Shown piece after piece: positions 30,273 through 41,054 of a stretch of DNA of 64,000 bases. Source of the stretch: a virus. A program made the position numbers and the translations under genes. The number at the start of each line of letters is the position of its first letter. Within the stretch, counting starts at the first letter, position 1. The notes beneath the pieces are model-generated. The model had not been told where the DNA came from, ran no database searches, and saw nothing but the letters and a program-made list of their open reading frames with translations. The DNA lies in IMG/VR virus record IMGVR_UViG_3300048598_000530, positions 28,439 to 92,438 of that record; one strand, 5' to 3'.

Positions 30273-31700
30273 TTATGCTACCTGATAAGAATCAATTGAC
30301 ACGCCTTCATTTTTCTGAAATTGCTTTTGTATTTTATTACTATCTGCTTTAGAATTAAGTTGTTGGAGAGCAAGCAATGCATCTTCCCAATATATCCCTT
30401 TGTCAATCAAAGTTTTAAGTTCACTAACAAGTTTGTCATAGTCTGTAGAATTTCTTGTTTTTACAAGTTTTTTTATTTCTTCTCGATTCAAAGCAATAAT
30501 TTGACTTGCAACTTTCTTAATGTTATTGTTTAAAACAGATGCAGTTTTGATTTGTGCTTTTTCCATAAAATGTTTTTGTACTGAAGCTTTAATTTCGATT
30601 GTCGTTTGACCAGGAAAGAAATTTTCACGAATAATTTCGCATGCTTCTTTTAAACAATCAATAGTTTCTTTGTTTTCGTTTGTTGCAAGAATTTTAGCAG
30701 TATTTACAGTTTCAACAACATGAGAACCAGTAAAATCTTTTGAAAGGGAAATAATATCATCATCAACATTCTTACTCAGATGTTTAAAATACATCATTTT
30801 TAAATTTTCAGCATTTGGTAGACCAATTTCAATTCTTCTATCAAAACGACAAGGTCTTGAAGATAAAGCAGAATCAAGCATCTCGATTTTGTTCGTAGAA
30901 GCCATAACTACAAGTGGTTCTCCAAATTTTCTCATACCATCAAGATTTGTAAGGAGATCACCAAGTTGATTTGATGCTGTAAAATTATCTCTATTACCAC
31001 TCATAAAATCTATATCTTCAAAAGCTAGAACTGTTGGTCCAAGATAAGCAAGAAACTCAAATAATTTGCTTACAGCCATATATCTAAAAGATTCAGCTGT
31101 AACATAAATTCTACTTACATTTTTCTTATCAAGATCATTAAAAACAGCTTTAACTATCGATGTTTTACCTGTTCCAGGAGGACCATACATAACAAGTCCT
31201 CGCTTATTTACTCCTGAAGCAGCAAATTTTGAATTTCCTAGAAAATCAGAAGTATTTAAACGAATATCTTTTTTTGCTTTTTCAGAAAGAACTACATCGT
31301 CCCAAGATACTTTAGGAACATCTTTAAAAAACATAGTTTCTTTCTCAGAATACAAACATTTTCCTCTATACTGGTTTTTCTTAACCATATCCATTTCAAA
31401 ATTATCAATCCATTGTTTTGCTTCTTCACGTGATTGAGCAAAACAATTTACATTGAAACTTCCATATTGCATATAAGCAGTTATAATTTTGTTATCATAA
31501 ACAGCTGAAATATTTTCAATTGCAGGCATTGTCTCATACACATCAATTTGCAAATCGTCAACAGCAGGTTTTTTTCCAAAATCTACGCTTGTAGCAATTT
31601 TTGGAGCTTGCTCTTTTATCAAATTTGTTAATGTATACTTTGCTATTGGAACTAGTAAACCATCATATGCTCGTGATACTGCTGTGAGTCCAAGAATCAT
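30273..31700 (-). CDS. AAA+ ATPase
   Basis: GPPGTGKT, LAFEDID, SRH STN...RPCRFDR. Confidence 0.9.
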   Translation of the reverse strand: MILGLTAVSRAYDGLLVPIAKYTLTNLIKEQAPKIATSVDFGKKPAVDDLQIDVYETMPAIENISAVYDNKIITAYMQYGSFNVNCFAQSREEAKQWIDNFEMDMVKKNQYRGKCLYSEKETMFFKDVPKVSWDDVVLSEKAKKDIRLNTSDFLGNSKFAASGVNKRGLVMYGPPGTGKTSIVKAVFNDLDKKNVSRIYVTAESFRYMAVSKLFEFLAYLGPTVLAFEDIDFMSGNRDNFTASNQLGDLLTNLDGMRKFGEPLVVMASTNKIEMLDSALSSRPCRFDRRIEIGLPNAENLKMMYFKHLSKNVDDDIISLSKDFTGSHVVETVNTAKILATNENKETIDCLKEACEIIRENFFPGQTTIEIKASVQKHFMEKAQIKTASVLNNNIKKVASQIIALNREEIKKLVKTRNSTDYDKLVSELKTLIDKGIYWEDALLALQQLNSKADSNKIQKQFQKNEGVSIDSYQVA

Positions 31701-31729
31701 AAGTCAAACTCCTATTTTAGTTAATTTAT

Positions 31730-32119
31730 TTACGGCGCAGATATAACATCATGTCTATCAAGTTTTTCTTCAACAGGTTGTTTCTTTAACTTCAAATTTG
31801 TTATGTGATGTTCTTCAATTGGAAAAGCTTTTATTCTTTTTAAAACATCTATTACTTTCTGTTCACTTTTAGCATCTGATCTAATTTCGAGTTCAAGTAA
31901 GTTTTTACCTTTAAATGTTGGAAATTCTTCATCATTTATATCGTAAACTCTTAACTCGACAACAAGTTTGCTTAAATGACGTTTTAATTCATCAAGTTTT
32001 GATTCGTCAATTCCCCAAGAACCAAGATCTTTAGGGTATTTTGTTGAACCTAAATGAATACTAGGGTCAATAGATGCAGCTGTTTTTAAAAGAATATCAG
32101 CCATTTCTTTTGAATTCAT
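31730..32119 (-). CDS. Hypothetical protein with a shared N-terminal motif
   Basis: MNSKEMADILLKTAAS. Confidence 0.5.
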   Translation of the reverse strand: MNSKEMADILLKTAASIDPSIHLGSTKYPKDLGSWGIDESKLDELKRHLSKLVVELRVYDINDEEFPTFKGKNLLELEIRSDAKSEQKVIDVLKRIKAFPIEEHHITNLKLKKQPVEEKLDRHDVISAP

Positions 32120-32222
32120 ATTTTCTCCCGTGTGTGCACAATAAAAAACTTTTACTCAATATATAAAAGTTTAGTATGTAAAATATTTCGAAATAAAAAC
32201 TATAGAAAAAATCTATCTTAAA

Positions 32223-32612
32223 TTAAGAACTTGAGTCTAACTCATCTAAGATTTTTTTAAGATCATACTTTGGTTTTAGTTTGTATTTGTGATGTGTTTC
32301 GTCATATTCAAGAAGGGGATGTGGTGATGTTGTATCGACAAACATTTTTATAAAATTTTCACCACCTCGAAGCAAGTCATCTCTGCTTATTGTTTTTGCA
32401 GGATTTTTAATATGATATTTCCCAACTTGACCAAAGTCAGGCAACTCTATAGTGGGTTTATCGTCACTTGTCAAGTCTTTAAGAATTTCTTTTTTTTCTT
32501 TGGGCTCAAGAAACTCAAAATATAAATCAGCGCCACCTTTCTCTTTTAAAAGAACATGTGGCATTGCTTCTTTAAGAATTTCATCGACAATTTTATGCAA
32601 CTTTAAATTCAC
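32223..32612 (-). CDS. Hypothetical protein with a shared N-terminal motif
   Basis: MNLKLHKIVDEILKEA. Confidence 0.5.
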   Translation of the reverse strand: MNLKLHKIVDEILKEAMPHVLLKEKGGADLYFEFLEPKEKKEILKDLTSDDKPTIELPDFGQVGKYHIKNPAKTISRDDLLRGGENFIKMFVDTTSPHPLLEYDETHHKYKLKPKYDLKKILDELDSSS

Positions 32613-32655
32613 GTTATTCTCCCATTTAATAAAGAATAACGTGAGAATAAAAACA

Positions 32656-32811
32656 TTATAAAACTTGAAATTCTTCTAATTGAACATGTACTGGTTGCAA
32701 ACAGTTTACCTTTTCCCAACACTCAAACGAGCAAAAACCATCATCAGCGTCAGTATCTTCAACGTGATACGTTTTATTACAATCAGGATTTGAGCATTTT
32801 GATTGAGACAT
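32656..32811 (-). CDS. Small Cys-rich (zinc-binding) protein, 51 aa
   Basis: Hand translation MSQSKCSNPDCNKTY...FCSFECWEKVNC...; GGAG RBS. Confidence 0.6.
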   Translation of the reverse strand: MSQSKCSNPDCNKTYHVEDTDADDGFCSFECWEKVNCLQPVHVQLEEFQVL

Positions 32812-32838
32812 GTTTACTCCTTGTTAAAGTTTGTATTT

Positions 32839-35800
32839 TCAACCGCATCCTGAATAGTCAGCGCAATCAATGCACTTGAAACATCCAGCCTGCATTACTA
32901 CTCTACCACCACATTGCGGACATTTTAAACCTTTTAATTCAATACCATCACTTAATGTTTGTGATAAAAACTTTCTAACTGCTGTTAATAATGTAGAAAT
33001 ATTATCTCCATCAATTCCCATAAGAGAAACAAGAATATCTTCTCTTGGAATATTATGTCGCAAACACAACGATATCATTCTACCAAGTCTGTTGTGAGGA
33101 TAGTCAATATTTGCTTTACCAACTGTCTCTTTTACAATTTCATCAGAGACACCACAAGATAAAGCAAGTTTAGTTAAATTACGAGATGCTTTGTTACAAA
33201 CTTTAAGTTCTTCGCCACCATATTGAGAATTCGTATAAATCCAGATACAAATAGGAAATTCTTTACGAGAATCTTCAGGCAAATAAGAGAAATGCAAATA
33301 AAACTTCTTGCCTTCTCTCTTAATTATATGAGTATCACCATTTATAAAAACATCAGGAAGTTTAATATCTTTTGCAATAATTTCTCGTTTTTCAGCTTTA
33401 CCTATGTCTGATAAAACAGATTCCATAGAGCCTTCTCTATAAGTAGTAAAACCATTAAGGCCTAACTTCCAAGCTTTCAAATAAAGCTGTTTAAAATCTT
33501 CAAACGGATATTCATTTGGAAGGTTTGCTGTTTTACTAGTACTTTGATTATTATAAAACTGAACTACAGCTTGAATTGCAAGATGGTCATCAATATTCAA
33601 ATCTTTAGTAGTAATTAAATATTTAGAATGATCTTGTTCTGGAAAATTATCAAGTAACCATTGGTAACCATAATCTCTAACAATATTTATTTTACACAAA
33701 CCTCGGTTATGAGGTTCATAGTAATATTCATAGTCACCAAATCTCCCTCTCCAATATTCATAATCTTTTTCTTTATAATGTTTAAGAATTTGTTTAACAT
33801 TATCTTGACTCAAATCTTCTGGCCATGTTTGACAAACAACTTTCCTCTCATACTCGATTAAATAAACAGGCTCAATCCCGTTACTTGTAACATCAGATAA
33901 AATAGAACTATTACCAAGAGGTGGTACTGTTGTTGTTTTTGCATTTCTTGCACCATATTTTTTTAACAATTCGCGTGTTTCATCTGTTATTCTAGAAGAA
34001 TTAAAAAATTCTGTTGCTTCAAATTGTTCTTTTATATATGCTCCAAAAACACCCTTTTCTTTTGCAAGTAATGCTGATGTTTGCCAAGTAAGGTTTTCTT
34101 TCAATTGACAGATTTTTTTTGCAAATTCTACAGCTTCTTTACTGTTGTAAGGGATTCTTAACATCATCAACGCTGAACCAAGTCCATTAATACCCATACC
34201 TATTTGACGTAGATTGTCTATAACCCATTGATAACTTGGAAGTGGTGCATAAGTCAAATCATTAACGTTGTCTAACATTCTTGTAAAAATTCTAATATCT
34301 TCAATATACTCGTCAAAATCAAAATAAGTAGTTCCATCAGTTTTAATTCTGACATATTGTGTTAAATTCAAAGAACCAAGGAGACAAACAGTCCCTATAC
34401 TTGCAATACCAGGAACTTCCCCACAATTATTAACACATATTCCACTACTTCTTAAGAATTTATCGTCATTCCAAGAAGTAAGAACGATATAATTGTGATT
34501 GTCATCAACGGTTATATTGTAAACGTCTTCGTAACCATGAAACTCTACTTTCTTGACTTTATGATTGAAAAATGCTTCTGTTTCAAGTAAATTAGAAAAT
34601 TCAGTATAATTGCTACAATTAAATTCTTTTTGTCTAAATTTTTGCGGATATGGTAAGTTATTTGATTTACAAAATCCAAATAATTCTTGTCTTTTAGGTT
34701 TTCTTCCTATGCTTCTAGTAAAACCTACAAAATGCGATAAAAGCTCTTTTGATGTTATTTCATATGCTCTACCATTTTTTAAGCCTGATGTAGCTTTACT
34801 CATATTTTCACGATATTTCTGCTTATCTCGTAATCTATACATAGGATTGTTTTTACCAGATATATCGTGAAAACTTTGATGTTCTTGCTTTGTACACTTG
34901 ACAAGGAACTCAGGTCTATCATCTAAAGAATTAAAATTACTATGATGAATTCTATCGTCTTTAGTTATCTCTATATCTGGATTAAAAAATTCAAATATTA
35001 ATCTGTATTGTCTTCTACTTAATCTTAAACCATTTGAGCGTTTTTTGTTTGAAGTATAAGAAATTTGACGATAACCATTACTTTCATGTGAATTAAAAGG
35101 AAGAAGACTTTCTCCTGGTTTTAAGTTTTTTAACTCGACATCACCCTTATATCTTGTAGGTATTTTATGGTCGGGTGTTGCAATAAAAACTGAATCATCA
35201 TCGAGTGTAAGCTTCCAAACTTCTCTTTGTTCACCAGTAATTCTTGGGTTTCTACCCATCTTAATTTCAACTTTATCTGTGAGTTTATTTCTTGAATAAA
35301 CTGGTAAATCTTTTCCTTCTTGCGCCAATTGCTTGATTGACACGCCATTTCTGCCATCAGCTGTAGCAATAATTGAACTACCTATTATGCAAGGGTTTGT
35401 CGCTGTTACTCGACCAAGATAAGCAATAGGATTGTTCCTCATCATATTGTCAGCAAATAAAACACCAGGTTCAGCTCTATCATAACACGATAGCATTATC
35501 AAGTCGTAAAGTTCTCTTGCTTTTATTCTCTTGAAAACTTTTCCATTAAAACTTTGTTCAAAAAAATCATCATTCTCTACAGCTTTCAAGAAATCATCAG
35601 TTAAAACAACAGAAATATTGAATTTTGTAAGTTCACCAGAAGTTTGTTTTGCTCTAACAAATTCTTCACAGTCAGGATGTGTAACGCTTAAAGCAGCAAG
35701 CATTGCTCCTTTTCGTATTGCATTTTTTATAACTGTTTTTGCTTCTTGAAATTTATCGTCGCCTAAATAATTTTTGATTTTATCTACATAACCATCAGCA

Positions 35801-36354
35801 TCACCTTGAACAATACATTGCGAAACGGCATCCCATATTTTCATATAAGCAACAACGCCAGGGTGCTTGATACCAGTTCCTTTTATAATAGAACTTCGAG
35901 GCCTAATAAAATCAAAACTTAATCCGTAACCACCTTCTGATGCAAGTGTTTTTGCTTGCTCTACAATAGTCAAAAATATGTTTATTAAATCATCAGGGGT
36001 ATCATCAGTTTCATATTCAATTGGAAACTTGATTAAGCCATTGTCAGTTTCACGCTTGTATGAGACTTTAGCATTACTAATGGGAGCAGCAACAAAACAA
36101 TTTAACAATGTTGCTTTCTCGAAAATTGTACCTACGTTAGCAGTTATTCTACCACCAGTTGTACATTTAAGACCTACAGGTTCGTTTTCAATAGTACGAA
36201 CTAAAGTGTTAAAAAACTTATCTACCCAATCTTCAGGTTTTTTTTCAACAGAAGCAAGTGCTTGAGCAACTCTAAAAAAAGTTTCTTTAGGTGTTTCATT
36301 GTTATATCTGTATTTTGATGTCCAGATTTCTCTAGCAAGTTCAGTTTTGAACAT
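32839..36354 (-). CDS. nrdJ: Class II (adenosylcobalamin-dependent) ribonucleotide reductase, intein-containing
   Basis: GGRITAN, LLNCFV, RKGAML, EPGVLF, NP[intein]CGE, LDNVND, TVPPLG, KGFTTYR-like motifs and a terminal CPQC...CxxC Zn ribbon; probable start MFKTELA at 36354. Confidence 0.9.
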   Translation of the reverse strand: MFKTELAREIWTSKYRYNNETPKETFFRVAQALASVEKKPEDWVDKFFNTLVRTIENEPVGLKCTTGGRITANVGTIFEKATLLNCFVAAPISNAKVSYKRETDNGLIKFPIEYETDDTPDDLINIFLTIVEQAKTLASEGGYGLSFDFIRPRSSIIKGTGIKHPGVVAYMKIWDAVSQCIVQGDADGYVDKIKNYLGDDKFQEAKTVIKNAIRKGAMLAALSVTHPDCEEFVRAKQTSGELTKFNISVVLTDDFLKAVENDDFFEQSFNGKVFKRIKARELYDLIMLSCYDRAEPGVLFADNMMRNNPIAYLGRVTATNPCIIGSSIIATADGRNGVSIKQLAQEGKDLPVYSRNKLTDKVEIKMGRNPRITGEQREVWKLTLDDDSVFIATPDHKIPTRYKGDVELKNLKPGESLLPFNSHESNGYRQISYTSNKKRSNGLRLSRRQYRLIFEFFNPDIEITKDDRIHHSNFNSLDDRPEFLVKCTKQEHQSFHDISGKNNPMYRLRDKQKYRENMSKATSGLKNGRAYEITSKELLSHFVGFTRSIGRKPKRQELFGFCKSNNLPYPQKFRQKEFNCSNYTEFSNLLETEAFFNHKVKKVEFHGYEDVYNITVDDNHNYIVLTSWNDDKFLRSSGICVNNCGEVPGIASIGTVCLLGSLNLTQYVRIKTDGTTYFDFDEYIEDIRIFTRMLDNVNDLTYAPLPSYQWVIDNLRQIGMGINGLGSALMMLRIPYNSKEAVEFAKKICQLKENLTWQTSALLAKEKGVFGAYIKEQFEATEFFNSSRITDETRELLKKYGARNAKTTTVPPLGNSSILSDVTSNGIEPVYLIEYERKVVCQTWPEDLSQDNVKQILKHYKEKDYEYWRGRFGDYEYYYEPHNRGLCKINIVRDYGYQWLLDNFPEQDHSKYLITTKDLNIDDHLAIQAVVQFYNNQSTSKTANLPNEYPFEDFKQLYLKAWKLGLNGFTTYREGSMESVLSDIGKAEKREIIAKDIKLPDVFINGDTHIIKREGKKFYLHFSYLPEDSRKEFPICIWIYTNSQYGGEELKVCNKASRNLTKLALSCGVSDEIVKETVGKANIDYPHNRLGRMISLCLRHNIPREDILVSLMGIDGDNISTLLTAVRKFLSQTLSDGIELKGLKCPQCGGRVVMQAGCFKCIDCADYSGCG
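34426..35391 (-). mobile_element. Intein (322 aa) with an HNH homing endonuclease, inserted in the RNR catalytic NPCGE motif
   Basis: Begins CIIGSSIIATADG, has the block B FIATPDH, an internal IHHSNFNSLDD HNH and the block F DVYNITVDDNHNY, and ends CVNN before the C+1 of CGE. Confidence 0.9.
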
Positions 36355-36373
36355 GATTAGTTTTTCCTTAGCG

Positions 36374-36556
36374 TTAATAGCGTTCAAATTCTTTTATGTG
36401 AGTGGAGAGTAATTCCGAAGTAAAAATTAATGCTTGAAGCTCTTTGTTAGTGAACTTAAATCGTTCTACTTTTTCATTAGAACCTTCAATGATATTTCCA
36501 ATATGTTCTAATGCATTAATGAAATCTTGTTTTTTTTCTAAAAGTTTGTCATTCAT
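36374..36556 (-). CDS. Small hypothetical protein
   Basis: 60-aa ORF directly upstream of nrdJ. Confidence 0.45.
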   Translation of the reverse strand: MNDKLLEKKQDFINALEHIGNIIEGSNEKVERFKFTNKELQALIFTSELLSTHIKEFERY

Positions 36557-36843
36557 GATAAAGATTCTTCGTGTATGTTTAATATATCTTTATGCTCATA
36601 ACCACAGTTTAAACAAATAGAGACTTTCAATACTTTTTGAAAGTCTCCTTCAACATTTTTTGTATCGACTTTAATTTTTGAAGAACCGCATTTTGCACAT
36701 GTTTTCATTTTTTAATCTCCTTTAATATTTCTATAAAAAGGAGCAATAAAAACACTAAAAAAACAAGTCTTTTGTTTATCAAAAGTAATAAGAAAAGAGA
36801 ACTACGTTATGTCTGGAAGTGAATATTAGAAGCTAAAAGAAGA

Positions 36844-37419
36844 TTAATCTACATCAATTCCTTGCTCAACAAGTTTTTTTGCAGCTAAAAATTCTTGCGG
36901 ATTATAACCTTTGAGTTTCTCTAACCAATTCTCGTTATCTGGCAGTTTTTGCATTATTGTATATAATTCATCAAAACTAATAGGCATAAAACTATTGTTA
37001 TCTACACCTACGTCATAAGATTTTCCCAAAGATGCTAATTCACCATGTGAGTGTCCATAACAATGCCAAGAATTAAAATGTGATTTTTCCCAAACGCGCA
37101 TTGCAAAATGACAAAGAACTATAGTAGTTTTTTCTATTACAATAGTTTTCATCTTATGAACACTACTAAATCCTGTTAAATCACCTTTGTCGTGATTCCC
37201 TTCAATCAGAATAATGTTCCCGTTTAATCTTCTTAAATAAATCAAAGGGTTCTTAAAGGAGAAATCTCCAAGGTGATAGACTGTGTCTGTCTTACTCACA
37301 ACAGAATTCCAATTTTTTATTATTGTCTCATCCATTTCATCGACAGAAGCAAAAGGACGGTTACAATATCTAATTATATTATCATGACCAAGATGTGTAT
37401 CAGCTGTAAAAAAAAACAT
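36844..37419 (-). CDS. Calcineurin-like metallophosphoesterase
   Basis: ADTHLGH, HLGDF, GNHD, CH, GHSH motifs. Confidence 0.9.
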   Translation of the reverse strand: MFFFTADTHLGHDNIIRYCNRPFASVDEMDETIIKNWNSVVSKTDTVYHLGDFSFKNPLIYLRRLNGNIILIEGNHDKGDLTGFSSVHKMKTIVIEKTTIVLCHFAMRVWEKSHFNSWHCYGHSHGELASLGKSYDVGVDNNSFMPISFDELYTIMQKLPDNENWLEKLKGYNPQEFLAAKKLVEQGIDVD

Positions 37420-37434
37420 AAAACCTCATAAAAA

Positions 37435-40122
37435 TTATTTTAAAGCACTTCTATTATCTACTAGAACTTTATTATACAAAAATTCACCTAAAACTTCTTC
37501 AGCTATACGAGGTCGTCTTTTAAAATCTGAAATTGTTTTTATTCCTTCTTCAAATAACTTACGTACTCTTACACCACCAATACCTTTTAAAAGACAAAGC
37601 TCTGTTTGCTCGTTTGTTATTTCATATTCAATTCTTAATTGTAATCTATTCCAAAACTCAAACTTGTTCCAATGTGAATACATTTTATCGATCATTTCTA
37701 GAGCTGAACACATTCTTTCTGAATCGAATTTCACTTGTCTTTTTTGATGTTCAGCAATTTCCTCTGAAAAAGAAAGGCATCCGTGAAATAAAACACCAAT
37801 TGATGCACAAGCTTCTGATATAACTAAATTCCTGTTTCGACATGATGTAACAAATCCTTTAACAAGATCTTGCATATCGCGTCCAGCAAAATTGTCACTA
37901 TTATCAGGAATATTTGACAATGCCCAACTTATCGAATAGTCGTCAAGTCTATCCTCAGCAAACAATCTATTAAAATTAAAATACCATCCAGCAATAGTAT
38001 ATGGGCTATAGTATAAATAAGCAGCAACTTTCCCGAGTTTAGTTACACTATACTTGTTTGCTATTTTCTCTATAACTTTTATTTTTTCAAGTTTTGTAAG
38101 AAGCTCTTCAGCGTCAACTCGATCTAAATAATTAGATTGAAAAGCAGCAAGACTTCTATTATACCATTCCATTAAAGTAGTAATATCATAAACTTCACCT
38201 TCAGAAATCTCTGAAATTATGTGAAAAGCAAGCACATTTGGATCGTTCATTGTAGACATAATGGGTGGAATATTTTGACACCAATTTTTATACCGCGTAA
38301 ATTTTGTTTGAGGAAGAAGAACATGAGCATCACCTCTTGGGTCTAAACCAACACGCCCAGCTCTTCCAACCATTTGTTTTATGTCTAAAGGTTCAACTTC
38401 ACTTATACCTCTATGCACTCCTACTACAATACATCTTCTTGCAGGCAAATTTATTCCCCAAGCAAGCGTAGATGTTGCAACTATAATTCTTACACCATCT
38501 TTTTCTTTAAAAGCATTAGGAATTCTAACTCTATCTTCAAGAGTGAGTTCTGAACTGTGAAGTTCTACTTTCTCGTTCATTTGTTTAAGCTTATTAAAAA
38601 TGACTTTGCCCATATTTTTTGAATGGACAAACACAATAAATTTATCTTCTTTGAATTGCTGCGTAATTTCTACAGCTCTATTTACTTTATTTGTTTCAAC
38701 AGCTTGATATTTTCCATAATCATCATATTGCTCATAATGAATATCTAAAATACAAGGCCTGTAGTTAGAATTTATAAGTTCAGATTTTTTTCCATTTAAA
38801 CTAGAAAGCCATCTTGAAAGTTCATCGACATTTTGCATTGTTGCTGATAAAAAAACAATTCTACAAGAAGGATTTTGTTTTGTAAAACGCATTATAGCAC
38901 TTTCAGCTTTATCACCTCTACCTTTAATGCATAAAAGGTGTGCTTCATCTTGAACTATAGTTCCTGCTTCTAAAAGCCAACTATTCGATTCAATTGTTAT
39001 ACGACGTGTTCTGCTATCTAGCATTTCTGTCGTCATAATTATTATATTTGCATCATTAAGTTCTTTAACTCTTTCTTCAGTTAATTGATAGTCTCCTGTA
39101 ACAATGCTTATGTTTAGTTTACTCCAATCATGTTTTGGATCAGTCCAATCTTGATATTTTTCTTGAGAAACAGCTTTTAAAGGTGATAGAAAAATAGCTT
39201 TTCTACCATTCGCAATAGAATCAGACATAAACATTTCTGCAACAGTTGTTTTTCCTGCTGAAGTAGATGCTGCAACTACGCAATTAACATCCTTATTGTA
39301 ATATTGAAAAACTTCAGATTGTACTGGATTAAAATTTTCAAATTTGAATTTCATGTGCGGGAAACTTGAAGTTTTCACTATCTCAATTTGTTTAGTTGGT
39401 GCTGCCGGTGCTTCAGCTTCTTTTTTTTGTTGTTCTTTTTTTACTTGAGGCATTTCAAATTCAAGTTTAAGTTGTGGTTCGTCTTCAATTCCTTGGCCAT
39501 AAATCTCAACATCTCTTACTTCACGAACACCTTTGCACCCTGTTTTGAAAAAATTAGAACACCCATAAAATTCACCTTTTCTACCTGAGCGTTTTTGCAT
39601 CAATGCATCACATTCAGGACAATGAACAATTTCATTTTGTGATTCAGAAGTTAAAGCTGTTTTTGAATGAAATTCGCCAAACAAATTCATTGTAGATTTG
39701 CAAGTAGGATATGAAAGACAACCATAAAATGGTCCCTTTGTACCTTCTCTTAAAACCATTGCACTATTGCATGTCTTACATATTTCTATTTTTTTGACTT
39801 CTTGTTTAAGTTCATCAAGTTTTTCTTTAAGACGTTCTCTCCAATTTGTCATTCTGTGAGTTCTTTTTGCTTTGTCAATTGTTTTTTGACTTATAAAATC
39901 AACAAGAACACATCTTATAGCATCTTCACCAATCAATCTTGAAGAATTTACGAATTTATCTATTGATGAATAAATTCGAATATTGATAGTAGGTTTTTCT
40001 GTAGGAATCTCATATATAAGTTCATTTGCATTTTGCTGTTCAAAAACTGTAGGAACTTTTGATGAATATGAAGTAAGAAAACTTTCAAAATCTTTTATTG
40101 AAATCGTCACAAATTCAGACAT
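37435..40122 (-). CDS. Ski2/Hel308-like SF2 helicase with N-terminal topoisomerase-type Zn ribbons
   Basis: TSAGKT, DEAH, SAT, QMVGRAGR; two CxxC...GPFYGC/GEFYGC zf-C4 motifs; C-terminal HhH (LKGIGGVR). Confidence 0.9.
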   Translation of the reverse strand: MSEFVTISIKDFESFLTSYSSKVPTVFEQQNANELIYEIPTEKPTINIRIYSSIDKFVNSSRLIGEDAIRCVLVDFISQKTIDKAKRTHRMTNWRERLKEKLDELKQEVKKIEICKTCNSAMVLREGTKGPFYGCLSYPTCKSTMNLFGEFHSKTALTSESQNEIVHCPECDALMQKRSGRKGEFYGCSNFFKTGCKGVREVRDVEIYGQGIEDEPQLKLEFEMPQVKKEQQKKEAEAPAAPTKQIEIVKTSSFPHMKFKFENFNPVQSEVFQYYNKDVNCVVAASTSAGKTTVAEMFMSDSIANGRKAIFLSPLKAVSQEKYQDWTDPKHDWSKLNISIVTGDYQLTEERVKELNDANIIIMTTEMLDSRTRRITIESNSWLLEAGTIVQDEAHLLCIKGRGDKAESAIMRFTKQNPSCRIVFLSATMQNVDELSRWLSSLNGKKSELINSNYRPCILDIHYEQYDDYGKYQAVETNKVNRAVEITQQFKEDKFIVFVHSKNMGKVIFNKLKQMNEKVELHSSELTLEDRVRIPNAFKEKDGVRIIVATSTLAWGINLPARRCIVVGVHRGISEVEPLDIKQMVGRAGRVGLDPRGDAHVLLPQTKFTRYKNWCQNIPPIMSTMNDPNVLAFHIISEISEGEVYDITTLMEWYNRSLAAFQSNYLDRVDAEELLTKLEKIKVIEKIANKYSVTKLGKVAAYLYYSPYTIAGWYFNFNRLFAEDRLDDYSISWALSNIPDNSDNFAGRDMQDLVKGFVTSCRNRNLVISEACASIGVLFHGCLSFSEEIAEHQKRQVKFDSERMCSALEMIDKMYSHWNKFEFWNRLQLRIEYEITNEQTELCLLKGIGGVRVRKLFEEGIKTISDFKRRPRIAEEVLGEFLYNKVLVDNRSALK

Positions 40123-40234
40123 AATATTTCTCCTTGAGGTATTATATCTTAAAAACTGTCTAATAAAGCCAATTATAAAAACAAAAAAGGGCTTAGATAT
40201 TCATCTAAACCCTATAAACTTTATTTTGAGAAAA

Positions 40235-40762
40235 TTAATTTTGTTCTTTTTCCTGTTTTTCTTTCTCGAGTGTGCCTTGCGTACCAAAAGTATTATACAA
40301 TCTACGTTCAGTAGTTAAAAGACGTTTGAATGCAGGTATACCATTGACAACACCAAAGTTTAAAATCTCTTTTAAAAGTTTTACAGCTGGGTATCTATCA
40401 ACAGCAGTATATCTCATCAAAATTCTTTTAAGATCCATAATTGTTTGAGCAACATCTTTAGGGACTACCTGTTCGTCTTTTTTTCCTTGTTCAAGAGTAA
40501 GTAAAATTGCATTTCTTGCTTTTTTCAATCTTGGATTATCAAAAAGCGGATTTAATTTTGCAAAAATTTTATCATTACCCTTAGGTTGTAAAAATTTCCT
40601 AATGAATGTTACATAAGCTTGAATTTCTTTTCCTATTCTCTTCTTTTCTTTATCATCAATAAGAATTTCATCTTTTGGATCTTGTTCTGGATTCTCAACT
40701 TCAGCTACAAGTTGTCTTGCAGTTTTTTTGATTTCATTCGCAAACAAAAATAAATCATTCAT
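40235..40762 (-). CDS. Hypothetical protein with a shared N-terminal motif
   Basis: MNDLFLFANEIKKTA. Confidence 0.5.
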   Translation of the reverse strand: MNDLFLFANEIKKTARQLVAEVENPEQDPKDEILIDDKEKKRIGKEIQAYVTFIRKFLQPKGNDKIFAKLNPLFDNPRLKKARNAILLTLEQGKKDEQVVPKDVAQTIMDLKRILMRYTAVDRYPAVKLLKEILNFGVVNGIPAFKRLLTTERRLYNTFGTQGTLEKEKQEKEQN

Positions 40763-41021
40763 GTATTATCTCCTTTGAAATTTTCTCATACTCAATTAAA
40801 ATTTTTTCTTGAATTGTTTTTCTAAACTCTGTATTAAGGGGATGAACTAAATCTTTGAATTTCTCTCCAGATCGTTTAGAAGGCATTGCTACAAAAATAC
40901 CTTTTACTCCATCTAAAACTTTAATCCCGTGAATGACAAGCATGTCATCAAAAGTTATGCTTACAAAAGCTTTGACTTTTTTGTCATTAGAAGGAGAGAC
41001 ACGTACTTCAGTTATTTCCAT
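40755..41021 (-). CDS. spoVG: SpoVG-family nucleic-acid-binding protein
   Basis: MEITEVRV...KAFVSITFDD...IHGIKV...GIFVAMPS...FKDLVHPLN. Confidence 0.9.
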   Translation of the reverse strand: MEITEVRVSPSNDKKVKAFVSITFDDMLVIHGIKVLDGVKGIFVAMPSKRSGEKFKDLVHPLNTEFRKTIQEKILIEYEKISKEIIHE

Positions 41022-41054
41022 AACCAAGAGTGTTTAAATAAATACTTTAGAAAA

